From Paraspadella gotoi (Eukaryota > Animalia > Chaetognatha): DNA of 64,000 bases. Each line of letters opens with the position of its first letter. Within the stretch, counting starts at the first letter, position 1. The stretch spans positions 11,349,654-11,413,653 of the forward strand of contig CM119266.1 in assembly GCA_051294375.1 (NCBI GenBank). Reading direction: 5' to 3'. The translations under genes were made by a program, and so were the position numbers. Below the pieces are notes generated by a model. The model was not told the origin of the DNA and searched no databases. It saw only the letters and a program-made list of their open reading frames with translations. Positions 40,413 to 52,422 of this stretch are shown here, in pieces.

Positions 40413-42455
40413 AAACAAATACTTCACTTAATATTTTTTTATATATTTATATTATTAGGATGCTAATAGCGTGGTAATGTTTGCTAAATATAAAATCTAT
40501 AATTTAATCTTTTTAAAGTGCGCTAAGCAAATTAAAATCAGAAAATCGATCAAAGAAAAAGAATCATAAGCGTTAATTTTTGAAGAATATCGATTTTTTT
40601 CTTAATTGATTTTGCAAGAAAAGCATTTTTAGATTCTCAAAAGGGCGGACGAAATGCGGATTAGATTTAATTAATAACTGACCGAGTGATAAGATGTATC
40701 ATTAGGAAATTAAATCTGGTTGATTAAATCGGCTGAAATTCTATGAGTTTTTAACTATGTTTTTATATCATAACAAACTAGACAACGTGCTGATACCAAT
40801 AACCAAAGTCAAATAATTTTTTTCTTCCACCCACGTCGGTTTGAAAAAAAACCTCTCAAAGACTCACCCGAAATAGAGATTTGCTTAGTAACTTGAGAAA
40901 GAATAATTTTTGGAAAACTGTAATTTACCTAAAGACTTCGTAGCATTACCTATGGAAAGACTGAATAGCTTTATTTATGCCCGTATGTTCAAGTGGCTTT
41001 TATCCGGTTTTAATTCTTTTTTGGATCACTGTGTGGGGGTGAGTTGGGAAAGGTTTAAGGGTTACAAAACACACCTACCACCCAGACCCCAGTCCCCAGT
41101 CCACCCCTCCCTAACCATCCCCCTCACCCCCTCTCCCTTTTCGATCTAAGAAACTGCGACTTTCTCGGATCGCGAAGGGTCAAACTCTCGTTCGCCGCTC
41201 GACTTATGCGTCCACACGTTTCGAGTCTCGAATTTCCGTTCGTGTTCTCTTTCAACTTCCGTTCTCGATTACGTTGCCACTGAACGCATTCCTCTCTTAC
41301 AACGCTCGAAAGCCGATTGGGTCGAAACGGTTATTTTCGGGTATTTCCAGACCTGATTGCGGAAGCTTTCAAAGAGTCAAGGAGTATTAATAATATATAA
41401 TTCCCGCGAAATGTAGCTCTTACAATACAAATATCACAACCGTTCCTATCACTTTCTTTCTTTGTTATCCAAGAGTCGCTCTATTCCTCACTTCTTGAGC
41501 TCCTCTTCTCTAAAAGTGGCTCATTTTCTTCATCGAAGTCCTGCTATACTTATTAAAACTTACCTCGTCTCTAATTTTCCAGACTTATTCTTCACTCTCA
41601 TCAACTGCGAACCACCTTTCTCTATTTTTCAAAAACCACTACCCTAGATTTCTTTTCACGTCCCACCTAAATGCGATCTCTCCCAATCCATAAAACCTTT
41701 TTCTCCCTTCCAGCCCCTCGATTCTCCCCTAACGGAGTCGACAATAAAGACGACAACGACAAGGACGACGACAATGACGACAAAGAAGACAACGACAACG
41801 AAAACGGCGGCGACGAAGACGGGTCTTTACGAGGCCGTTATGAATGAATAGTCGGGCCTCTCTCCCGCTCGTTAGGTGGTCAAGAATGGGAACGAAGTGT
41901 GGTCCATATAAAAGCGAAAGCGTTGGTGGAAATGGAGAAGGGGGTGCGGGGGAGAGGAAGTCGGAAGATTAAGAGGGTAACACCATAAAAGGGTCTCGGC
42001 CTCCGGGCCCCGACCTCCGGGGAAAGGAAAACGGAGAAAAGGGTAAACTGCGGGGCCAAAGGGATCGAGGCGAAACAATACGGCGCTGCGGAAGGCGATG
42101 CGGCGGCGCTAGAGAGTCGGAGCCGCGCCGCTGCGGTGTCAGTGAAGCAGCGCTGCGGCGACTGTACAGCGGCGCTGTGATGCCGACCTACATCTGTCTC
42201 CAGAATTGGACTCAGAGTGTTAGCGGTTGAGAGCTCGGCTCAAACCCACCAACCCACAACCTTTCCCCCCTCATTTTTCCCCCCATTTTTATCTCCCTTT
42301 TTTATCTTCCTCTTTTTTTCTATATTTTATTTTATTTTTTTTAAAGGAGATAAAACGAGAATCGGGATTTTCGTTCGAAAGAATTCGGCATTAGCGCGGA
42401 AAGCCTGGCGTTCAGCCGACCGGAAAGAGATTTTTTTTTTTGAAGAGACGAGATG

Positions 42456-42501
<46 letters not shown>

Positions 42502-42688
42502 CGTTTTCAATACTTTCGGGAAATAAAATCGGAGAAAGAGTCGAGTGAGATTAGGTCGAAGAAAAGAGGCGACTTTTTTGACAACAAGGAGAAAACTTTC
42601 CGAGTGACACTGTGACAGACAACGAAATTAATCGGGGAAAACTGTCATAGGAATATTTCATAATGCATTTTGTCTTTGTATTTAAAAC

Positions 42689-42829
42689 TTTAGAAAAAGT
42701 TTGAAATTTATTTTCATCAACGATTTGTTTTATTAAATATACGGACATGTTTCGACTCTTTTGGTCGAAACATGTCCGTATATTTAATAAAACAAATTTG
42801 ATGAAAACAAATTTCAAACTTTTTCTAAA
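42689..42829. repeat. Same ~140-bp palindrome in duplicate block B
   Basis: ttattaaatatacggacatgtttcgac tcttttg gtcgaaacatgtccgtatatttaataa core with matching outer arms. Confidence 0.9.
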
Positions 42830-44151
42830 TCGCTAAACTCAACGAAAAAGAAAGTAATAATACAATGGTATTTAAAACTAAAACGCTGTCTCCTGCTCAT
42901 TGATAATCGTCTCCAAACGATAATGCGTCTCGTTCCATCGTAATTTTTCGAACAATAATCGCGCATTAAACCGACGCCGGTTGTTAAGGGGAGCGAGATT
43001 TAGAATGAAGCTTGGGAGATGATTCGGCGACATCTATTGTTCTATCGGCTTTGTCAACAAATGAATATATATTACGACCTTTGTACCAAAGATGGCATCA
43101 GTGATGATTGACAAAAGCTTTCGTCATTGAATAGCCGACGAAGGTCGGACAAAAAGGAAAGAATTTGTCGACAAAGTAGGAGCAGACACCGACATGAATT
43201 GGCCGACAAAGGAGCCGACAAAGAAAATAATTAGCCGACAAAGAATTAGCCGACAAAGAAAAGAAATGGCTGACAAAGAAAGAGCAGCCGAAGAAAAAAG
43301 CCGACATTGGATGTTTTTGCCGACGAAAAATAAAAAGACCGACGACTTGAACCCCATGCAAAAACGCCGACGACGCGAAAAAATCTAAAGAGAGAGCGCC
43401 GCGGTGACAAAAGGCGTCACGACGAAGACGCCGCGGCGTGGCGACAAAAAACATCGGCGACAAAAGACGGAGGAGGAACCGGCGCGGCGCTCTCTGGCCG
43501 TGTGTGGGGGGGGGGCGATCGGAGCGAATAAAAAAGAACGCCAACCGAAGGACGCCGGGAGGACGCCGACGAAGTCGAGAGCCTTTTGTTTGACGCCGCG
43601 ACGGCTATTGCGGCGTCGTTTTATAGCGGTTGTTGTCGTCGTTGTTGTTCCGGTTGTTTTCGTTCTTTTTGTCGTTAATCAGTAACCGAGTAAAGATGTC
43701 GCTTTCACTATTTTCCTCGCAGATTTTGTTGTCATTGGGCGTCGTATCTGCCATCTTGTTTATTGTATTTTATTTTCCTCGTCTTCTTTGTTGTCGTCGT
43801 TGTCGTTTTGTTCATCTTCTTCGCTGTCAAGGGCGTCGATGAATAGACGGAGAAGATGAAGACTGAAAAGATGACAGAGATGAGAGAAATATTTTTTTTC
43901 TCTTTTTTTTTTCACGAGACTCACAACGAGGCGGTCTTCAGTTTTTTGGGCAGATCGGATAGACGGACGATGCTGACGAAAAAACGCTGAACTTAAGTAG
44001 ACAAGGAAAAAACGATTTAAATTCTCTATTATCGTTGTGTTTTCTTTGTTTTCTTTGTTTTCTTCTCTTCTGCTTTCGAACCTTTTTTTCCTCGCTTCAG
44101 TGGTCGCCATCCCATTTCAATTCGCAGTTTCGATTTTCAAGCCAAGGACGA

Positions 44152-44186
<35 letters not shown>

Positions 44187-44336
44187 GCATCCATCCACTC
44201 GCGAATTTTAACGAGTAAAATCGTGTAAGAACCGATGTAGGCGGGAACGACGACGACGACGACGACGACGATTACGAATACGATGTCGACGAAGTCAATG
44301 ATAATGATGATGATTATTATTAATTGAACACGAGAG

Positions 44337-44429
<93 letters not shown>

Positions 44430-45683
44430 GCCGGTCGCAAATGGCGTCGTTTGTTTTAATTTACTCGCTGCTGCTGTTTAAACAAGGTAGAAGAAAAAAC
44501 TTTTATAACGAAATATAGAACCAATTTCATAAACATTGTTCAATTATAATCATCATTTAATATCTTTTATTAAAATATCGTCTGAATATTTTTTTTAAAA
44601 ATGACCCTATAATTTTTGTAATTGAATTACACAAACCCGCCAACCCACAGAATGGGAGAATCTTTTCTGACCACAATTGTGGAGAAGCTGTTAGCTCCTC
44701 ATAAGCAACGGGCAGAATATCGTCGGCCTACTCGGGCCGACTCTTCAACTCTCTCAGCGTCAAGGCCTGAGCGCCGACTTGTTTTTCCAAAACATCAGTA
44801 AAAGACAGTTTTATGGCAAATAAACGGGACGTTCAGATCGAGAATGATTTAAAATAAATTCCTAAGTCATAACACGTTTTCGAGTAGACTTCAACTCTTC
44901 GTGACAGTAATTTTTTGTTTACAACGAAATCAGGTTTATTCTTCTTCATCTGATAATTTTCAGGTTAGGGATTAAGGCTTAGGGCTAAGATATAAGGTTA
45001 AAGGTTCGGGTTTAGGATGAACAATTAAAGTTTAGGATTAGGTAAGGGTTAAGAATAGAAATTGGGTGCTTTCGGAAAATAATGCCTCGTAGGTGCGATT
45101 GTCGGGGGAATGCGCGACTGGGAGTTTGACAGATTTTTTTTTTTCACGTCGTGTCTATCGTGTCACAGTCCGCGATAATTGACGCCCCCCTACCCGAGCC
45201 CCCCCCCAAATCATTGACGCCCCCTACCCGAGCCCCCCCCCAAATCTCCTTCCGATGACGTTTTTAATCAAAGAAAAAAGGTTCTCCGTCCTGGCCGCCT
45301 CATTCACCGCCGCCGCTGCCATCTCCCGGAATGATAAAAAAATATTAGAAAGAAAAAACAAATGAACAGAGCTGGATGGCTTTTTTTTTCTATTTGCGTC
45401 ATCGGAACCATATTTACTTTTTCTTAATTAAGACGACGGCTTCGTCGCTCGCCTTCATCGCTGCCAGGAAATATTGAAAGAAAAGTCGAAGAAACTCGAT
45501 TAGTTCTGCTTTTTTTCTTCTGCTTTAAAGCTACTGATCATTATGACTTTTTAAAAAAAATTTTCTTATACAATCATCATATAACATATATTTTTAAAAA
45601 ATATCATTTTTTCATCTGAAATATTAAACAGAAATAAATGCTTCTCGTCAAACTCAAAATTTCAAGATTAAATTCCCATCACA

Positions 45684-47700
45684 TCAAAATTTTAGTTCAA
45701 ATTCTTCCAAAGTCTCCGCAATTCCTGTCGCCTTCACAATCTCGTCCAACTTCTTCACGTCTTCCGGCAACAACTTCGTCGAATGCTTCGACAGCCTCGA
45801 GCGCTCAAAAGCGCTATGGCGCTGCGAGTCGTGCCGCGCCGCCGTCGACTCGAACGGCGCCAACCCGCAAAACGGGAGAATCTTCTCCTTCCACAGTTGC
45901 GGCGCCGACGTCAGCTCTTCGTAGGCCACCGGCAGTATGTCGTCGGCGTACTCGGGACGGCGCTTCAGCTCTCTCAGCGTCAACGCCCCCGCCAGATAAA
46001 AGCATAAGAAGTGTCCGATCAATGAAGAGCGACCGACCAGCGCCGGCTTCCCCGATCTCGTCGCGAAGAACTTCTTGTCCTTTGTTTGAAAATCCAAAGC
46101 CTCCAACCAAGCGAATCGCCGCGCCCACCGGTCGGGGTCCTGGACGAGGCTCTTCAAACCGGCCAGCATAACCGGCGGTAAGATTAACGTTGAAACGACG
46201 TTTGGATACAACCGGCCGATGATTGGAATTTGACTGCCGAAGGTCAGGGCGTCGCTAAGGATTTCGGTTGTGAAGCGGAGCCACGAGTTGAAGGCGGGAA
46301 TCGGTTTGCGGTGTGTGAAGAGGAAGTGAATGTTCAAAGGATATATGTCGCGAAGGTCGGCCACGGTCTGGGAGGGAGATAAGTAGAAAAAAATGTTTGA
46401 ATTTTAGTATTTTAGGATCTTTTAAAACTTTAAAATTTCTACTAAACTTACTTCGATACTTACAGTAAAAATAAAACATGTTTTACATTACTACAATTAT
46501 CTTCCAAGTAACTGCGCATTATACTATGCACCTTTAAAAGTAAGTACTAAGAATTAACCAACAGAGTTACTTCGTTCGTAAGTACTTGCAGCACAACCAA
46601 AAACTTACCCTCATTAGCCACGGAACTAAGATGGGAAGTTTAATGGCTAAGAGTTTCACGCCAGGACGCAGGAAAAGAGGTTTGCAGACGAAAAAGAAGA
46701 CAGACTTGAAGTAGACCGCGCGAGAGGGATGAAAGCACATGTCGAGGAGCGGCTGTGAACACAATTGAGGTGAAAAGGCTGTAAAGGGCAGCGAGAAAAA
46801 CGAATAAAAAATAAAAGTGACACTAGGACAAAAAGACAGACAAACGGGCATAGCAAGAGACAAAAAAAAAACGGTACAATACAGATAGACATACCGACAG
46901 GCAGACTTTTGAGCTTCAGACCAACCTGCGGTTCGCAAATGGCCACGCTGCCTGGCACATCCTCAAAGTGCTGCAGCATAAAAGTGCTGCCGCATCGAGC
47001 CGGACTCGCTATAACGACCACCTTCTTTGTTCTTTTGTTTTCCGCGTCAGAGCTTAACTTGTCCAATTCTTCTGTCGCCATATTTCGGAAGATGTCGTAG
47101 GGAACGATGGCGAACTCTTCCGCGTTGTCTCGGACGGAGTGGAAGGCGAATGCAGCCACCTCAGAGTGGTAGACGTCCACCCCTAGGAGTATGGAAGAAA
47201 ATCATGTATCATTATTCATGATTATTAATCAGAAACATGAACCAATAACTAACGGAACTCATCTAATCGCTGTTCTCCTTTATCATAACTTTAAGTCATA
47301 CAATGATACATTATTTTTTTGTCAATGTCTTTGATTAAAATTTTAAAAATATAACTTACAAACAAACAATAACTCGCCCACCTGCCGTCGTCCGTACGAA
47401 CATCGCTCCTTCTTGCGTCAGATTGTACAAATGCACGCGCGGATCTGACCACACGAACGTTCGCGCGTCCTCATACCGCGCATGGACATGGAGACATGTT
47501 TCCTGCACGGAGCCGACGACTTCGCGGATCTTGAACCTCCATAGTACGCGACGCACTTCAACAAGGCCGTCGAGGCGGTTGTTTCGAAAGAAATGCGAGC
47601 ATATGAGGTCCAACGCCGCAAAGAGTTTCTGTAGCGGCAAGAAGACCGAGAAGTGGACGAGGAAGCGGAAGACCGTTGACCAGGAATGTCCCTCGGCCAT
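45684..47700 (-). CDS. Sulfotransferase-like P-loop protein, copy 2. Exons about 47700-47382, 47182-46895, 46367-45684; frameshifts in exon 3 are probably sequencing errors
   Basis: Exon 1 reads MAEGHSW...FVRTTA(G). Exon 2 contains KKVVVIASPARCGSTFMLQHFEDVPGSVAICEP (RCGST, like the 5'-phosphosulfate-binding loop, plus xEP). Exon 3 contains ILPVAYEELTSAP...ILPFCGL...HDSQ. GT-AG junctions: GCAG|GTGGGC, CTAG|GG, GTCG|GTATGT, CCCAG|AC. Confidence 0.72.
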
Positions 47701-49275
47701 TGGAGTTTTCTTTCATAAACGGATTTTAGTTTATCGGAAATAAAAGTGTGATAACCTTTAAATAAATCTTGAGTTTAGGTTTTACCGAAATGAATGATAT
47801 AACATGTACGTTATTCAATCGAATCAACGACTTTAAATATCTTTCCTGAGAACAACACTGTTTTCTTAAATAAATGTCATTACACGGATAAACGACAGAT
47901 TTAAAGAAACTCCGTCCAGTGTGAATCTTATCTGTGTCCGGCCCGAATGAAAGGAGAAGCGAACAACGAGGTATATTATTTAATACAGAGAGTTACGATA
48001 TTATTATCACCATTACTATTTTTCATACTAACTTTATGAATTTTTAATCCTTAGATAAATTGGTCACTATTACTTTGCAATACCCACAGATTGACAAAAA
48101 TTTGCACGGGTCAGTTTCGCCACTTAAACTTTCATAGAATTCCTGGAATAAATTTCAATAAACAACTCTTGCCCTTTTTACGATATTACCCCAATCTATG
48201 TACCCCAATCGATCTGTCACGTAAAGTTTTTTTTATTTTTGAATAATTACTTTATCAACGGATTCCGCATTGAGAAAAAACATGTTCGTTAAAACTGATT
48301 AAATTAAAGAAAAAAACAATTAAATGAAAGAATCCACGAAAGGATTGATAATTGTCATCAATTAGTCCGCGGGCTTTAGAGAAATATATTAGGAAAAATT
48401 CTTAAAAGTATAACTATAAAGTCTATAAGGATCTCGACAGACCTTACTATCAAAAAAAATTAATGAAAAAGTACTATAATCTAATTTGCATATTGCAGTA
48501 AATCATAATGAAGTGGAAATTCAAACAAAAAATACTTGAATCGATATGAAACAAAGAAAATAAATACACATTTCACTGCCTCACTAATGGAACTTGATAA
48601 CTAGAAACATTGTTTGGTAGTTAATCCATAAACCGGCAAAAAAAAAGATAGAAATTGTTTTTTATTTTTGAGAGAAGATTATTATTGACTACGAGTTTAG
48701 GACATTGGCTTCACCTCGACTATGTTACGATGATAATTATACACTGATATGATGATAAGCATTCATTGACGTTATGATAATCATTCATTGATGTGATGAT
48801 AACCATAGTAATTGATTGATTTATGTAATAGTAATTGATTGATGGAATAGTAATTTATTGANNNNNNNNNNTTAAGATTTTTTTTTACTATTTTCAAACA
48901 ACGAAACAAAACTTAACACACAAAATTAATCGAATTAATAAAACTAACCATTTTAATGATTGAGAACAATGAGATACGTTCAAATTGGGAAACTTCACTC
49001 GAAAGAAAAGATCCAAAGGCAAAGCAAATTGAGAACAGAAGAGTTCGGTTTAAGTCTGCCAAAAAATTTTCTCCCTTTTTATAGCACACTGATGACGACG
49101 ATAGAAAGTTCGAGAAGGCGAAGCGTCAAGTGGCGCCATGATTGAACCAATCAATGTGGAGGAAGGAAAATTGTTTCATTACAACTTCCATTCAGAAGGC
49201 ATGTAAATCAGGTAAAACAGGTAAAACATCACACAAGGCGAAATACATTGACAAATTATTATTTTATTGCCCGAA

Positions 49276-49397
49276 ATACTTAGAATACGGAATTTAGTTG
49301 CTATTTTAAAACACTTAGAATACGTAGAATACAGAATTTAATTGCTATTGTAAAACACTTAGAATATCGAGTTTAGTTGCTATTTTAAAACACTTAC
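49276..49397. repeat. ~35-45-bp tandem repeat (3 copies plus a partial) immediately upstream of the solo hammerhead-like motif
   Basis: acttagaatac...gaatttagttgctattttaaaac repeated. Confidence 0.8.
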
Positions 49398-49413
49398 AGT
49401 GTGTCCCAATGGT

Positions 49414-49460
49414 ACAGGCCGATGAAGGCTTGTACATTTAAAGCCGAAACATGTCCGTCT
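49414..49460 (+). ncRNA. Solo PLE-type hammerhead-like motif with a CCGAUGA core variant
   Basis: CCGATGA(49419-49425) a GGCTT gtacattta AAGCC GAAAC AT GTC. Stem II, GAAAC and the palindromic ACATGT helix III are intact. It is followed by aaataaaatcgttgttgaacaatt, similar to the pLTR 3' end. Stem I pairing is poor. Confidence 0.55.
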
Positions 49461-50154
49461 TATACAAATAAAATCGTTGTTGAACAATTTTAAAACGTCC
49501 TTAATCATCTAAACACAACGAAACGAAAGGAAATAACGATGGGTTCTGACTTAAAACTTACCCCCAAAGAAAAAATTTATGTTTCCTTCAATAATTTGTG
49601 CTCAATGATATATCTTAAAACAAGTTTGAGCAAAAAATTCCGGATCTGCCCACAATCATTAACGGTAAGCATCTGATCAGATAATTAATCATTAATATTT
49701 TTTTTTGGGTCAAAATCGTTATCCATTTTGTCTCGCCTCTCAATCACAAAACAATCTCGATCACAAAATCAATTAATAAATTAATTAATAACAAAATAAT
49801 TAATAATATAATAGTTACTAATTTATTAATAAGGCAGCTTGAATTTATATTTATTATAAAAAGAAAAAAAGCATAATCAAATAGTGAAATAGATTTTTTG
49901 TTTTTTCCATTTTAACTCATTCCCACTAAAACGATTCCATCAAAACTTGAATCCGGCTCAATCACACACTTTCCTACTCAAATACAAAATTTCATTCATT
50001 CCATCTATCTAATTAATAAATTCATAAAAAAATCTTTGAATCAAAATCAAACATGTGATTTCAAAAGACCTTTTTGATGAGAAGCTATATCTAAATTTTA
50101 ATACAAATAAAAATAAAAACTTTTACAACTTATGATTGGAAAAAATTTTAATAA

Positions 50155-50250
50155 TTTTCAGGACAGGCTTCGCCTGGTCCGGACTCTATAATGTTTTAGG
50201 ATTGCTTCTTTGTGACGTAGTCGTCGTCGTCGGTGTCACGCTGTTTTTAA
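50155..50250. mobile_element. Possible Helentron/HINE (DINE-1-like) terminus
   Basis: T-run, then GC hairpin ggacaggc-ttc-gcctggtcc, short spacer and a (GTC)n microsatellite. It lies among dispersed direct and inverted repeats (48478-48535, 50020-50150, 50422-50480, 50520-50690). Confidence 0.3.
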
Positions 50251-51161
50251 ATAAAAACTACTACGCTTTTATAGGTTTGGCTGGGACTTACCGTTTTTTT
50301 TAAATAAAAATTATTATGAATTATGATAAAGTTTTACAAAAGTGTGCGATCAGAGTAAGTTAAAAATTTAGATTTGGCTTTTCATCTTGAAATAGCTTTG
50401 ATATTTTCTTATTACATTTGGATTTTTTGTTTGAATTTCCACTTCATTATGATTTACTGCAATATGCAAATGAGATTAAAGTACTCATTATAATATCCAA
50501 ATTAATATACAGAAATGGTTTAATCTAATTTACATATTGCAGTATATAATATTGAAGATGAAATTCATAAAAAATTTTTTAAATCTATAATAAAAATGGG
50601 AAATCAAAAGACCTTTTTAATGAGAAGCTATATCTTAATTTTAATACAAATAAAAATAAAATCGTTAACAACCTATGATTGGAAAAAATTGAAAAAATTT
50701 CCAATTATAAACCATTGTAACATTTTTTGCCTTTCTTTTATTTATTTTTTAATTATATATATATTTTTTTTTAGGCGCTGCCTTTTCTGAATCTTTTAAA
50801 AACGAATTCAGTCTCTCTCAGTCTCTCTCAGTCTCTCTCAGTCTCTCTCAGTCTCTCTCTGTGTGCGTCTGTCTCTCTCTGTACGATCTCTTGCGTGATC
50901 GTTCGTTTTTTGAAAAATTCTGATTTTTTTTTCTTTCTAAAAAAATATATATTTTATCAGGTGCTGCCTTTTCTGAATCGTTTAAAAACGAGTTCAGGCT
51001 CTCTCTCTCTCCGTCTCTCTCCGTCTCCCTCCCTCTCTCTCTCTCTCTTTCTCTCTATCTCTCTCTCTCTCTCTATTTTTTTTTAAATTATAATTCACTT
51101 TTTTTTTTACCACCGTCACAAGGCGACGAGTAAACGAGTTCCGGCTCTCTCTCTCTCTCTG

Positions 51162-51210
<49 letters not shown>

Positions 51211-51318
51211 TTTTTTTTACAAAAAAAATTTTTTAGTCACTTTTTTTTCACCACCGTCACTAGGCGACGAATAAACGAGTAAACGAGTTCCGGCTCTTCA
51301 GCGTCTGTTCAGCTTCTT

Positions 51319-51353
<35 letters not shown>

Positions 51354-52194
51354 TTTTGTACAATCGTTCGTTTTTATTATTTATTATTTTTATTATTTCT
51401 TTCCTTCTAAAAACTTTTATTATCGCCATTTATTTTTTTTCTCAATACAAAATCCAAAATTTACATCTGAGATTTTCGTGGATTCATTTTAGAAAAAGGG
51501 AAGAATAACTTATAATGCAGGCAATGTCACATGTACATCAAATTGTGTGACAGGTAGGCGATACCTGCTACATATCCGGCAATTGCGCGGATTAATATAA
51601 ATAATATATAATATAAAAAATATAACAATCTAAAATTTCATTTAAGATTAAAATTGTTTAAGATGAGGAAATAAAATTTATTTGAATAAGTAAAAAAAAT
51701 ATTTGGAAGTCAAAAATATCATAGTCGTTAACTGATTATTGTCAACTATATATTTTGTTAATAGAGATTATAATTTTTTTACCATTATTATTGAAAATAG
51801 TTTAGCTTTATAGCGACGAGTTTTCATTTCATACAATCAATATTAATCTCATTCATTTTCAATAATATGCAAAAAAATAAGGTTTTCAACCTTATTTTGA
51901 ACTAGATGAACATGAATATTCAAAAGACTTCAGTCTTATTTCAATTGAAAAAAAAAATAGAAAGTTAATTGATGCTTAATCACACTCTAATAAAACAATT
52001 TTATTTTTATCACGCCACTTTTTTCTTAATTCAAAATCCCAAATTTATTTCCAAGATTTTCGTGGATTTTTATTTTTTTCCTTCTAAAAACTTTTATTAT
52101 TATTTTATTATTCTCTCTATATTTCTCTCTCAATTAACTCTCTCTCTCTCTCTCTCTCTCTCCCTCTCTCTCTCTTTCTCTCTCTCTAATTAAC

Positions 52195-52422
52195 TCATCG
52201 CGTCAATGAATGACTAGCATCGCATCAATGAATAACTATCATCGCATCAATGAATGATTATCATCCGATCAATGAAGTACTATCATCACATCAATGAATG
52301 ATTATCATCGCATCAAGGAATGATTATCATCGCATCCATCATTTGGTTATCATCGCATCAATCCTTTGGTTATCATCGTATCAATATTTGGTTATCATCG
52401 CATCAATATTTGGTTATCATCA
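52195..52422. repeat. 22-bp tandem repeat, about 10 copies
   Basis: Unit tcatcgcatcaatgaatgatta drifting to tcatcgcatcaatatttggtta. Related inverted copies occur at about 48727-48805. Confidence 0.85.

Larger units (their letters stand above)
36267..41033. mobile_element. Non-autonomous Transib-like DNA transposon (~0.9 kb own sequence) interrupted by the PLE
   Basis: Right end reverse complement: CACAGTGatccaaaaaagaattaaaaccggataaaagcc. Left end: CAC(G)AGTGataccaaatggactaaatttccggataaatcc. The whole segment is absent from the other copy, whose empty site is ggggac|tgggggtgag at 24190. Flanks tggg and tgggg are compatible with a 5-bp TSD. Confidence 0.62.
35905..48345. repeat. ~8 kb duplicated block, copy B, carrying the 4.8 kb nested insertion
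   Basis: Matches 23843-31795, interrupted by 36267-41033. Confidence 0.95.
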
